The notes beneath the pieces are model-generated. The model had not been told where the DNA came from and did not search any database. It saw only the letters and a program-made list of their open reading frames with translations. The position numbers and the translations under genes are program-made. From contig NIVC01001575.1 of NCBI GenBank assembly GCA_002269645.1, positions 100,691 through 164,690 of the forward strand: 64,000 nt of DNA, read 5' to 3'. Of the stretch, positions 36,103 through 48,359 are shown piece after piece. The DNA comes from Macrostomum lignano. Its lineage: Eukaryota. The number at the start of each line of letters is the position of its first letter. The stretch's first letter is position 1.

Positions 36103-36929
36103 GACATGTGTAACCTTCGTTAAAGAATTTGTGCTGTTAGCTGGTGCATGACAAATCCAGGAAATCAGTCAGAGTTTCTTGGCATAAAGATACTTTTTTT
36201 GCGCCTTGTCATTTTCTGCCTTCTCTCCTTCCTGTTTCTTTTATTCGCGGCAAAGAAGCTGCTTGCAACGGTGAGGCGGCTCGGCGCGCAGCGAGAGCGT
36301 GATAAACTGTGACAAGGCAGCTCTGCCTCTAATTACACGCCAAAGTTTCCTGGGAAAGTGCACACACAGCAGAGGGGTGTCGCTATGCAGTCATTTACTG
36401 AGCCTCACTGACCAGAAACAGATGGCGCGATTGGAAACTGCGCCTCTCCTATAAATCTTGTCCCCAACAACAGATGCTTGCAAAGTTGAGAAAAGTACAG
36501 TTCACTACTCGCGCTATACCTGCATGGCAACAAAGAATTAAATGCAAATAGCTTGTGACACAATTCACATCATGTTAGAATAGGCTGGCCACTAGCTATA
36601 GCAACTCCAGGTTTCAAATATAATAAACTGTACGCTTTCCCTCTTTGCATGGCTTGCCTGGCTTCCGTCTGTCTCCTGTCTGCCCCCCCCCCAGTTTTCT
36701 GCTGGCTCTGAGTGAGTCTCTCCCTCCCTTCTCCGCCTCTCCATCCTCCCAAGCACTCCAGACCGGTGTGTAAAGCAGTCGGCAGTCTGGCACGCGCGCG
36801 CACCAAGCAGGCGCTGAAGTGCTGCCGACAATCTACTTTTGGTACAGCATGATGGCGTGGAATTATGAGGATCGAATTAGGGGAGATTAGCGATGAGAGA
36901 CGCAAGGCGAAGGGCAGAGAAAGATAGAT

Positions 36930-37110
36930 TAAATAGATATAGTGATTGGGGAGAGAGTTAGAGATAGAGATGGATAGAGATGATTAGAGATGGTTAGAGG
37001 TGGATAGAGTTGGTTAGAGGTGGATAGAGATGATTAGAGGTGGATAGAGATGGATAGAAGTGGATAGAGATGGATATAGATAAACAGAGATGGATAGAGA
37101 TGAATAGAGG
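36930..37110. repeat. Degenerate 10-bp GATGGATAGA repeat
   Basis: Imperfect tandem run. Confidence 0.8.
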
Positions 37111-37834
37111 CTAATTGAAATGGATAACAGGTCTCAGAAACACATGGATTACATGCATTTGATATAAATAAATCATTAGGACATGTGTGAATTTTATGAC
37201 AATGTGCGCATGGGAGAGTCAGTCATGTTTACCAATGAGCTGCTCTCCCCCTCCCAAGGATAACTGATGAACAGAAAAATTAGTAATGAGAATCAAAGAG
37301 TATCATAGCGATGACTCATATTGCAGAGTGGAGTGACAGGAAACAGCAGGGGTTATAGAAGCTGGAGCAGTTAAATCACAGACAGATGCAGATGATGATG
37401 CGGTAGTGAAGCTGGGAGAGCCAGCCGCACAAAAGCCGCAGTCATTCATAATGGCTATGTAGCTATAAATGTAGCTTCGATTATAAATCATCAAAAGAGT
37501 CGCCTGTCTTTCTGAGTTATTCCTGAGTGCAGTTCATGACCGGAAGTTGCATAAACTGCCATCAGCCATAGCTGCAACTGTTGCAATATCTGCTTTTGCA
37601 ATTAGTCTGGCGAGCTTCAGCACACTAGGGGGGGGGGTGTTTATATTTGGCGTCTGCGTGAAATGGGCATGCAGCGGGTTGCCTCTTCTGTTCCTTTCAC
37701 CTCAGCTTTTACGATTTGAACTAAGTGACAGCCAGCCCCGACTTATTTTTTAAGTTTTTTATTACCTTGATCTTTGCGCTCTCTATTTTCACCCTGTTCC
37801 CAAATCTAATTTTATTGCTACCTTTGACTCTCTT

Positions 37835-38612
37835 GCATCTGCATTCTTGCATCTCCGATCCCTGCATCTCCGATCCCTGCATCTCCGATCCCTGCATCTC
37901 CGATCCCTGCATCTCCGATCCCTGCATCTCCGATCCCTGCATCTCCGATCCCTGCATCTCCGATCCCTGCATCTCCGATCCCTGCATCTCCGATCCCTGC
38001 ATCTCCGATCCCTGCATCTCCGATCCCTGCATCTCCGATCCCTGCATCTCCGATCCCTGCATCTCCGATCCCTGCATCTCCGATCCCTGCATCTCCGATC
38101 CCTGCATCTCCGATCCCTGCATCTCCGATCCCTGCATCTCCGATCCCTGCATCTCCGATCCCTGCATCTCCGATCCCTGCATCTCCGATCCCTGCATCTC
38201 CGATCCCTGCATCTCCGATCCCTGCATCTCCGATCCCTGCATCTCCGATCCCTGCATCTCCGATCCCTGCATCTCCGATCCCTGCATCTCCGATCCCTGC
38301 ATCTCCGATCCCTGCATCTCCGATCCCTGCATCTCCGATCCCTGCATCTCCGATCCCTGCATCTCCGATCCCTGCATCTCCGATCCCTGCATCTCCGATC
38401 CCTGCATCTCCGATCCCTGCATCTCCGATCCCTGCATCTCCGATCCTTGCATCTCCGATCCCTGCATCTCCGATCCCTGCATCTCCGATCCCTGCATCTC
38501 CGATCCCTGCATCTCCGATCCCTGCATCTCCGATTCTTGCATCTCCGATCCCTGCATCTCCGATCCCTGCATCTCCGATTCTTGCATCTCCGATCCCTGC
38601 ATCTCCGATCCC

Positions 38613-38642
<30 letters not shown>
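37835..38642. repeat. 15-bp minisatellite (GCATCTCCGATCCCT), about 51 units, plus a (TC)n tail
   Basis: Near-perfect tandem array. Confidence 0.97.
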
Positions 38643-38643
<1 letters not shown>

Positions 38644-39416
38644 TTTGAATCTTCCTGCATCTTCCTGAATATTCCTGCGATCCCCGTCTATTTCCATAAT
38701 CTCAGTTTCTTTGGTCACATTTTGCTGCAGATCGCCAATGCCCCCCCCCCCTGCACACAGACAGCATGGGTGGTGCAGCCGAGTTCCATTAGCAACAAGT
38801 TCCTTAAGCAAATCTTTCAAATCTGCGAATGCATGTGGCTAACGCAAGAAAACAAACAAGCGCCCGAGCCCGAAAAAGAAGATTTTCGGCGCCAATGATT
38901 CGAATAATTTTTCTTTTGCCAAGAAAGTTATTAACGAAAGAATTGAAGTGGAAGGCTATTTTTTGGTATATAGAAAATGCCAGGATTGGGGATTCACATG
39001 TTTATCCTATGTTATGTTTTGTTATACACAGAAATAATAAATTTGCTTACAGCTTCGTGGGAGTCTTTGATGTCCTGCCGAAAGAGGGGAGCAGATCCGA
39101 CAAGGGTGACCTTGGGGAATTTGGAAAATTTGGATTAGGGTAGGAAACAAACACCTCACAAAGAAAATTTAACGAACCAAGATAGATCAGATCAGACACG
39201 CGAGGCGACCCCGTGTTCCCGTTGGCATTGCCGCTTTTATGTATCTAAAACTCTGCGCTCCTCTGCGTGGCTCTTGCCCTGGGGATTGGAGTGGGCCTGC
39301 TGTCTCCTGCTGTATTGGACCGACTGAGCTGGGGGACAATCAGCCAATCAGCGGTCACAATACGACGCAATGTGAGGCTGCAGCTGAGTTCACTGCTCAT
39401 TATGGTTTGCAATAAC

Positions 39417-39417
39417 C

Positions 39418-39502
<85 letters not shown>

Positions 39503-39503
39503 G
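39417..39503. repeat. (TCTG)n microsatellite
   Basis: Direct tetranucleotide run. Confidence 0.95.
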
Positions 39504-40156
39504 CCTATCTGTCAGTTTGTATACGAGCTATCGATCCAAAAATCTATTCTCACATACGTACATTCATCCGCTTGCATGCCGATTTCCATTAAATTTATGA
39601 TCAGATATTTTTAATTCCCTCTGTACCCTTACATATCATTAATCTCCTCATAAGTTAGCAGCTTGCATTCGCGATGACACCATGCATGCATGCCACCGAC
39701 TCTAGTGGCCGAAATGCTTCAAGTACAGAACTATATGCGGCCATTTTGAGCTAGCAAAGCCAATGCATTTTAGGATAAGCTATCGTCACAATCCTAGCTA
39801 TGCAAGCAGCACAAATGCACGCATGCCATAAATCACAAACTTCAAAAGGACTCCTAGACATGCGCCTTAGTAAACAGTGCGTAGCCCTGCGGTTGTAAAA
39901 TTTACGACTGAGCGAAGATTGCGGAGAGTGCAGATCAGGCAGTGCATTTAAATGAAGTTCAACAACTGAAAACTCTGATAACTGCGAGCTGCTGGGTTAA
40001 TGATAAAAATTTTACAGGAAGCTGTGTCAACCTGAGTGAAATTCAATGGAGTAAAAAAACTTTTGTATGAAGCCTGGGTAGGTTAAATCCGCGAGCAACT
40101 CAAATAATAGCTATTATTTGACAGACAGACAGATCACTAGTGACTTTCTATCCATG

Positions 40157-40730
40157 CTAGATTAGCAATCCATTACATTCCTTTATCAGTGTGTATTGGC
40201 TAGATTAGCAATCCATTACATTCCTTTATCAGTGTGTATTGGCTAGATTAGCAATCCATTCTGTGATCCTTTATCAGTGTGTATTGGCTAGATTAGCAAT
40301 CCATTCTGTGATCCTTTATCAGTGTGTATTGGCTAGATTAGCAATCCATTACATTCCTTTATCAGTGTGTATTGGCTAGATTAGCAATCCATTACATTCC
40401 TTTATCAGTGTGTATTGGCTAGATTAGCAATCCATTACATTCCTTTATCAGTGTGTATTGGCTAGATTAGCAATCGATTACATTCCTTTATCAGTGTGTA
40501 TTGGCTAGATTAGCAATCCATTCTGTGATCCTTTATCAGTGTGTATTGGCTAGATTAGCAATCCATTACATTCCTTTATCAGTGTGTATTGGCTAGATTA
40601 GCAATCCATTACATTCCTTTATCAGTGTGTATTGGCTAGATTAGCAATCGATTACATTCCTTTATCAGTGTGTATTGGCTAGATTAGCAATCCATTCTGT
40701 GATCCTTTATCAGTGTGTATTGGCTAGATT
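40157..40730. repeat. 43-bp minisatellite (CTAGATTAGCAATCCATTACATTCCTTTATCAGTGTGTATTGG), about 13 units
   Basis: Period of 43 (40157 to 40200); two unit variants, ACATT and CTGTGAT. Confidence 0.95.
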
Positions 40731-41149
40731 ATATTATTTCATCCCTTTATGAAGAAATATTACTGTCACAATGACCCTCAAGCGGCTAGAAAATTCCTTT
40801 TTTAGTAAGTCAGTAGTTTGCAAGTACAACATGTCCTTTGTAGCATGGTGAACTATACTTTAGTGCTAAGAGAAGGTTAGAGTTATAAAATTATGTGCAG
40901 GTGATGTTTTAGTCTGCTCAAATTTGGTCTAATTAAATTGATTGGCACCGCATGCGCTTATAGCTAATCAGCTCCCTTAGCTTCATACTCAGCCTCAGCA
41001 TCGTCCACTCTTCATCAGCAGAGTTACACTTGTTCACTCAATGTATGTCCCACATCAATTCTGCAGTAATTAAATTATTGATTTATTTATTTTTCAAGGT
41101 CATTGTTAGATACCTGGAGTGTTTTGTTTGGTTCTCGATGATATGGCTT

Positions 41150-41803
41150 CTGGCGCCGATTTCACAATGAGCGGTGCCGATTTCACAAAGAGTGGCGCCG
41201 CTTTCGCAATGAGTGGCGCCGATTTCACAATGAGTGGCGCCGATTTCACAATGAGCGGCGCCGATTTCACAAAGAGTGGCGCCGCTTTCGCAATGAGTGG
41301 CGCCGATTTCACAATGAGTGGCGCCGATTTCACAATGAGCGGCGCCGATTTCACAAAGAGTGGCGCCGCTTTCGCAATGAGTGGCGCCGCTTTCGCAATG
41401 AGTGGCGCCGATTTCACAATGAGTGGCGCCGCTTTCGCAATGAGCGGCGCCGATTTCACAAAGAGTGGCGCCGCTTTCGCAATGAGTGGCGCCGCTTTCG
41501 CAATGAGTGGCGCCGATTTCACAATGAGTGGCGCCGATTTCACAATGAGCGGTGCCGATTTCACAAAGAGTGGCGCCGCTTTCGCAATGAGTGGCGCCGA
41601 ATTCACAATGAGTGGCGCCGATTTCACAATGAGTGGCGCCGATTTCACAATGAGTGGCGCCGATTTCACAATGAGTGGCGCCGATTTCACAATGAGTGGC
41701 GCCGATTTCACAATGAGTGGCGCCGATTTCACAAAGAGTGGCGCCGATTTCACAAAGAGTGGCGCCGATTTCACAAAGAGTGGCGCCGCTTTCGCAATGA
41801 GTG
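41150..41803. repeat. 21-bp minisatellite (GAGTGGCGCCGATTTCACAAT), about 31 units
   Basis: Tandem array with three variants. Confidence 0.95.
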
Positions 41804-41992
41804 GACTCGGGATCTGGACTCGGGATCGGGACTCGCAGGATCGGGACTTAGGATATCGGGACTCAGGATATCGGGACTCGGGATTCTGGCCTCTGGATCT
41901 GGACTCGGGATCGGGACTCGGGACTTGGAATCGGGATCGGGATTCGGGATCGGGACAAAAGATCTATATACATGTAGGTTCGGCTCTCTGCC

Positions 41993-41999
41993 TATAAAA
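41993..41999 (+). promoter_or_regulatory. Candidate TATA box for the Cys-rich small ORF
   Basis: TATAAAA about 125 nt upstream of an ATG in GTCATGG context, with no intervening ATG. Confidence 0.35.
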
Positions 42000-42119
42000 A
42001 GCTCCTTGCGGAAGGAAAAACGAGCATATCAATCGATTTTAGACACAGACACCCAGATTGGCAACTTTTGTAAATATACAAGCAGATAAAAGGTGAACCC
42101 CAGTGCCCGTCATCTCGTC

Positions 42120-42365
42120 ATGGGGCTGTGCTGTTTAAGCTGCTTGCTAACAAACTGCTGCCTGAGCTGCATCAAGTCCACAGTCAGCTGTCTCTACAGC
42201 TGTATCTGCAGCTGCCTCTGCTGTTGCTGTCGGTCCAGAAACAATAAAGACAAAAGCGAAAAAATCGATAAAAAGAATGAAAGTGCAAGAGGCAATGACT
42301 CAGAACCTGCTGTTGCTACCGAGACCGCTTCAGCTGATGCAACTGCTGCAAGAGCCAATGAGTGA
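42120..42365 (+). CDS. Candidate 81-aa Cys-string microprotein
   Basis: MGLCCLSCLLTNCC..CLCCCC (14 Cys in the first 37 aa), then a charged/Ala-rich tail; strong Kozak context; non-repetitive sequence. No homology recognised. Confidence 0.5.
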   Translation: MGLCCLSCLLTNCCLSCIKSTVSCLYSCICSCLCCCCRSRNNKDKSEKIDKKNESARGNDSEPAVATETASADATAARANE

Positions 42366-42574
42366 CAATTTCCTACTGAGCTTTTTTTGATCGGCACTGC
42401 AGTCAACAGTTTGTTTTATCCTACTTTTATTTTTGATGAAAATTTGTTTCTTTTTAAAGTACAAATGCACAGTGCAGTAATTTAATCTAGCAAAGCAATT
42501 GCGCAACTCCCAGATTTTTAGAATTTTTTGTGGATTTGTACGAAACTTTAGATTCTCGGATCTCTCCCGTGTCA

Positions 42575-45500
42575 ATCAGATGTCAGATTCACAGGTGTCA
42601 CTCAGATGTCAGATTCACAGGTGTCACTCAGATGTCAGATTCACAGGTGTCACTCAGATGTCAGATTCACAGGTGTCACTCGGATGTCAGATTCACGGGT
42701 GTCAATCAGATTCACAGGTGTCACTCAGATGTCAGATTCACTCACAGGTGTCACTCGGATGTCAGATTCACAGGTGTCAATCAGATTCACGGGTGTCAAT
42801 CAGATGTCAGATTCACAGGTGTGACTCAGATGTCAGATTCACAATTGTCAATCAGATTCACAGGTGTAAATCAGATTCACGGGTGTCAATCAGATGTCAG
42901 ATTCACAGGTGTGACTCAGATGTCAGATTCACAATTGTCAATCAGATTCACAGGTGTAAATCAGATTCACGGGTGTCAATCAGATGTCAGATTCACAGGT
43001 GTCACTCAGATGTCAGATTCACAATTGTCAATCAGATTCACAGGTGTAAATCAGATTCACGGGTGTCAATCAGATTCACAGGTGTCACTCAGATGTCAGA
43101 TTCACTCACAGGTGTCACTCGGATGTCAGATTCACAGGTGTCAATCAGATTCACGGGTGTCAATCAGATGTCAGATTCACAGGTGTGACTCAGATGTCAG
43201 ATTCACAATTGTCAATCAGATTCACAGGTGTAAATCAGATTCACGGGTGTCAATCAGATGTCAGATTCACAGGTGTCACTCAGATGTCAGATTCACAGGT
43301 GTCACTCGGATGTCAGATTCACGGGTGTCAATCAGATTCACAGGTGTCACTCAGATGTCAGATTCACTCACAGGTGTCACTCGGATGTCAGATTCACAGG
43401 TGTCAATCAGATTCACGGGTGTCAATCAGATGTCAGATTCACAGGTGTGACTCAGATGTCAGATTCACAATTGTCAATCAGATTCACAGGTGTAAATCAG
43501 ATTCACGGGTGTCAATCAGATGTCAGATTCACAGGTGTGACTCAGATGTCAGATTCACAATTGTCAATCAGATTCACAGGTGTAAATCAGATTCACGGGT
43601 GTCAATCAGATGTCAGATTCACAGGTGTCACTCAGATGTCAGATTCACAATTGTCAATCAGATTCACAGGTGTAAATCAGATTCACGGGTGTCAATCAGA
43701 TTCACAGGTGTCACTCAGATGTCAGATTCACTCACAGGTGTCACTCGGATGTCAGATTCACAGGTGTCAATCAGATTCACGGGTGTCAATCAGATGTCAG
43801 ATTCACAGGTGTGACTCAGATGTCAGATTCACAATTGTCAATCAGATTCACAGGTGTAAATCAGATTCACGGGTGTCAATCAGATGTCAGATTCACAGGT
43901 GTCACTCAGATGTCAGATTCACAATTGTCAATCAGATTCACAGGTGTAAATCAGATTCACGGGTGTCAATCAGATGTCAGATTCACAGGTGTCAATCAGA
44001 TGTCAGATTCACAGGTGTCACTAAGATGTCAGATTCACAGGTGTAACTCCGATGTCAGATTCACAGGTGTCACTCGGATGTCAGATTCACAGGTGTCAAT
44101 CAGATTCACAGGCGTCATTTAGATGTCAGATTCACAGGTGTCACTCGGATGTCAGATTCACAGGTGTCACTCAGATGTCAGATTCACAGGTGTCAATCAG
44201 ATGTCAGATTCACAGGCGTCACTCAGATGTCAGATTCACAGGTGTCACTCAGATGTCAGATTCACTCACAGGTGTCAATCAGATGTCAGATTCACAGGTG
44301 TCACTCAGATGTCAGATTCACAGGTGTCAATCAGATGTCAGATTCACAGGTGTCACTCGGATGTCAGATTCACAGGTGTCACTCGGATGTCAGATTCACA
44401 GATGTCACTCGGATGTCAGATTCACAGGTGTCAATCAGATGTCAGATTCACAGGTGTCAATCAGATGTCAGATTCACAGGTGTCACTCGGATGTCAGATT
44501 CACAGGTGTCAATCAGATGTCAGATTCACAGGTGTCACTCGGATGTCAGATTCACAGGTGTCACTCGGATGTCAGATTCACAGTTGTCACTCGGATGTCA
44601 GATTCACAGTTGTCACTCGGATGTCAGATTCACAGGTGTCAATCAGATGTCAGATTCACAGGTGTCAATCAGATGTCAGATTCACAGGTGTCACTCAGAT
44701 GTCAGATTCACAGGTGTCACTCAGTTGTCAGATTCACAGGTGTCAATCAGATTCACGGGTGTCACTCGGATGTCAGATTCACAGGTGTCACTCGGATGTC
44801 AGATTCACAGGTGTCAATCAGATTCACAGGTGTCAATCAGATGTCAGATTCACAGGTGTCACTCAGATGTCAGATTCACAAATGTCAATCAGATTCACAG
44901 GTGTAAATCAGATTCACGGGTGTCAATCAGATGTCAGATTCACAGGTGTCACTCAGATGTCAGATTCACGGGTGTCAATCAGATTCACAGGCGTCATTTA
45001 GATGTCAGATTCACAGGTGTCACTCGGATGTCAGATTCACAGGTGTCACTCGGATGTCAGATTCACAGGTGTCACTCAGATGTCAGATTCACAGGTGTCA
45101 CTCAGATGTCAGATTCACAGGTGTCAATCAGATGTCAGATTCACAGGCGTCACTCAGATGTCAGATTCACAGGTGTCACTCAGATGTCAGATTCACTCAC
45201 AGGTGTCAATCAGATGTCAGATTCACAGGTGTCACTCGGATGTCAGATTTACAGGTGTCAATCAGATGTCAGATTCACAGGTGTCACTCGGATGTCAGAT
45301 TCACAGGTGTCACTCGGATGTCAGATTCACAGTTGTCACTCGGATGTCAGATTCACAGTTGTCACTCGGATGTCAGATTCACAGGTGTCAATCAGATGTC
45401 AGATTCACAGGTGTCAATCAGATGTCAGATTCACAGGTGTCACTCGGATGTCAGATTCACAGGTGTCAATCAGATGTCAGATTCACAGGTGTCACTCGGA

Positions 45501-45995
45501 TGTCAGATTCACAGGTGTCACTCGGATGTCAGACTCACAGTTGTCACTCGGATGTCAGATTCACAGTTGTCACTCGGATGTCAGATTCACAGGTGTCAAT
45601 CAGATGTCAGATTCACAGGTGTCAATCAGATGTCAGATTCACGGGTGTCACTCAGATGTCAGATTCACGGGTGTCAATCAGATTCACAGGTGTCACTCAG
45701 ATGTCAGATTCACTCACAGGTGTCAATCAGATGTCAGATTTACAGGTGTTAATCAGATGTCAGATTCACAGGTGTCACTCGGATGTCAGATTCACAGGTG
45801 TCACTCGGATGTCAGATTCACAGGTGTCAATCAGATGTCAGATTCACAGGTGTCACTCGGATGTCAGATTCACAGGTGTCACTCAGATGTCAGATTCACA
45901 GGTGTCAATCAGATTCACAGGTGTCACTCAGATGTCAGATTCACAGGTGTTAATCAGATTCACAGGTGTCACTTGGATGCCAGATTCACAGGTGT
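42575..45995. repeat. Compound 26-bp (7+19) minisatellite (CAGATGT-CAGATTCACAGGTGTCACT) with higher-order blocks
   Basis: Mixed 19- and 26-bp units; blocks of variants recur at several-hundred-bp spacing. Confidence 0.96.
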
Positions 45996-47095
45996 TATCA
46001 ACACTCAGATCTACAGAAATCTGAGTTTAGAGATACCAGCACCTGCTATACAAAATGTAATAATGAAGGCATGGAAAGCTATAAAATTTTCATTGAAGGT
46101 TCAACAGATAGCCAAGAGATGCTTTTATATAACCGTAATTATTATTATATTAATATTTAATCATAGCGTTATACAATTATACAGAATCATCTCGGGGAGG
46201 CAAAAGTCTTATAAAAGCAATTAGCAAGTTACAATTTCTTACAAAATTTCAAATTTGAGTAAAGCAAAATATTTATAGGGATTTTTATATTATTTTTACA
46301 ATACTCTGCTTCGATACTAATTATGATTTCCTACAACTATATACGTCGGGCGCATTTATGTAGAAAAAAGCCAGCAAATTTACACATAAAACGTCGGTTT
46401 ATTACTTCGTCGCGATCACACTACTATCAATAGCAATCATTGCAAATAAGCGCAGAAATACATTTTTTCTACGCAATAATTTTCTGTCGCAGGAAATTGC
46501 CCCTTTTTTACACCCTAAAGCTGTTCAGTAGTAAGTAAAGCAAAATAATTGTATTATCTTTTGAAATTGGAAAATTAATTTGTCGTATAAATTGTTAAAC
46601 AGTAAGGATGGAAGATGTGGACATACTGGAGTAAATCATTCAGAGACAAAAAGCATGAAAAAGTATGAGAAAAAGGGTTGGTATTTCTTATGACAAATAG
46701 TACTGCACCCAGATGGCCGATTGAAGAAAATACAGCAGATTTACAGCATTCAGACTTTTATAATCGTAATAATTATATAATCTCTGCTGTGAGATGCGAG
46801 GCCCTCAGACAGCACAGAGAAAAATAGGGATGGTTTGACTAAATATTTATCATACGGTTGTGTCCCAGATGCTCTTCCCGATATGTATCGAAAAACAACT
46901 TTTATCTAACAATATTACCGAAGCAACATACACTACCTAATAGTCTAATGAAACTGCAAAAATACCTACCGAGATGTATCGATAAAATTTTCCCAATTAA
47001 AGAATCTAAAGAAGAGCCAAAATAGGGACTATTATATATTTTATATTTCATATCACTTGGAAACGAAGTAAAAAGCTTGCGTTTATTAATTCAGT

Positions 47096-47404
47096 TTACT
47101 TTAACCAAGCTGTTCCCTCGGCAACGAAGGCAACGCTACCGTCGGCCGAGTGCTTGCTCAGTGCGCTCAGACACCGGGCCGCCTGGGACAGGGCCACCTC
47201 AAGCGCTGGACGCGACGGCTGGCAGCGAGATTCGAGTATGGCCGAGTTCAGAGCTCTGGCCAAGGGTTCGCGTTGTTCGCTGTCTAACAGGTGCGACATT
47301 GGCGACTGGGCCGGCTGTTCGTAGGCAAGCAGGCTGATTGCGTCAGCGAATGGCGCCTGGTCAAGGCCGTGATTCACGCGGAGCGTGTGCAGCTCCCGGC
47401 CGAG
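47096..47404 (-). CDS. RANBP9: RanBP9/RanBP10 (RanBPM) exon 4, CRA domain
   Basis: ccatccag|LGREL..ADAISLLAY..P..LLD..QRE.LA..LNSAILE; ends in a stop codon. Confidence 0.9.
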   Translation of the reverse strand, partial: LGRELHTLRVNHGLDQAPFADAISLLAYEQPAQSPMSHLLDSEQREPLARALNSAILESRCQPSRPALEVALSQAARCLSALSKHSADGSVAFVAEGTAWLK

Positions 47405-47425
47405 CTGGATGGAGGGGTGGCGGCG

Positions 47426-47858
47426 GCACATCAAAGGACTAATTAAGATAGGTAGAAGCGGCACATCAAAGGACTCATTAAGATAGGTAGAAGCGGCACA
47501 TCAAAGGACTCATTAAGATATGTAGAAGCGGCACATCAAAGGACTCATTAAGATAGGTAGAAGCGGCACATCAAAGGACTCATTAAGATAGGTAGAAGCG
47601 GCACATCAAAGGACTCATTAAGATAGGTAGAAGCGGCACATCAAAGGACTAATTAAGATAGGTAGAAGCGGCAATAAAAAGGACTAATTAAGATAGGTAG
47701 AAGCGGCACATCAAAGGACTCATTAAGATAGGTAGAAGCGGCACATCAAAGAACTCACTAAGATAGGTAGAAGCGGCACATCAAAGAACTCACTAAGATA
47801 GGTAGAAGCGGCACATCAAAGAACTCACTAAGATAGGTAGAAGCGGCACATCAAAGGA
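47426..47858. repeat. 35-bp minisatellite (AAGATAGGTAGAAGCGGCACATCAAAGGACTCATT) filling RANBP9 intron 3
   Basis: About 12 units inside intron 47405-47894. Confidence 0.95.
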
Positions 47859-47894
47859 CCCTGGAAAATCCGAGGTTAAACACCAAAGCCGTAC

Positions 47895-48347
47895 CTGAAA
47901 TATCCTATCAATATCGGTTGTCTTCTCTACGTCGCTTTTCGACACCGCCGAGCTGCCTTCTTCTCGCATTTCGACATCGCCGGAAACGCTGGCAGCCGCA
48001 GCGACAGCCAGCTGTGGAATGGCGGAGCTGACGTCAGTTCGTGACACCAGCTCAATGAACTGGCGGCATTTCAATTGAAAGTGCAGGTTGGGATTGGCCG
48101 CCAGCAAACCCGGATGCAACTCCTCCGTGCGTCGTAGGGCCTCGTCCAGATCGCCTTTTAATAGTAGGCTTAGTAGTCCTTGACGCGATCGGATGTCCTC
48201 GGCGGGTTCAATCAGGTCGATGCGGGCGGATTTGGCCAGAGCTTCGGCGGCGCCTGAATAGCCGTGATGGACCAGGAGGCCGCATACCAGACTGTCTACC
48301 GTGCGAACCCACTCGCCATGCTTGTTGCTGACTGGATGGCGGGCCAC
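47895..48347 (-). CDS. RANBP9: RanBP9/10 exon 3, LisH and CTLH
   Basis: LV..LLVHHGY..AEALAK; RQ.L..L.L.G.L.EA; N.NL.F.LKCRQFIELV; cag|GTG acceptor and CAG|gtacgg donor; 453 nt. Confidence 0.92.
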
Positions 48348-48359
48348 CTGCGCGTGAAA

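Noticed and set aside
40157-40730. CRISPR-like appearance of the 27-43-bp arrays
   Set aside because: Units are contiguous with no unique spacers, there are no cas genes, and the context is eukaryotic.
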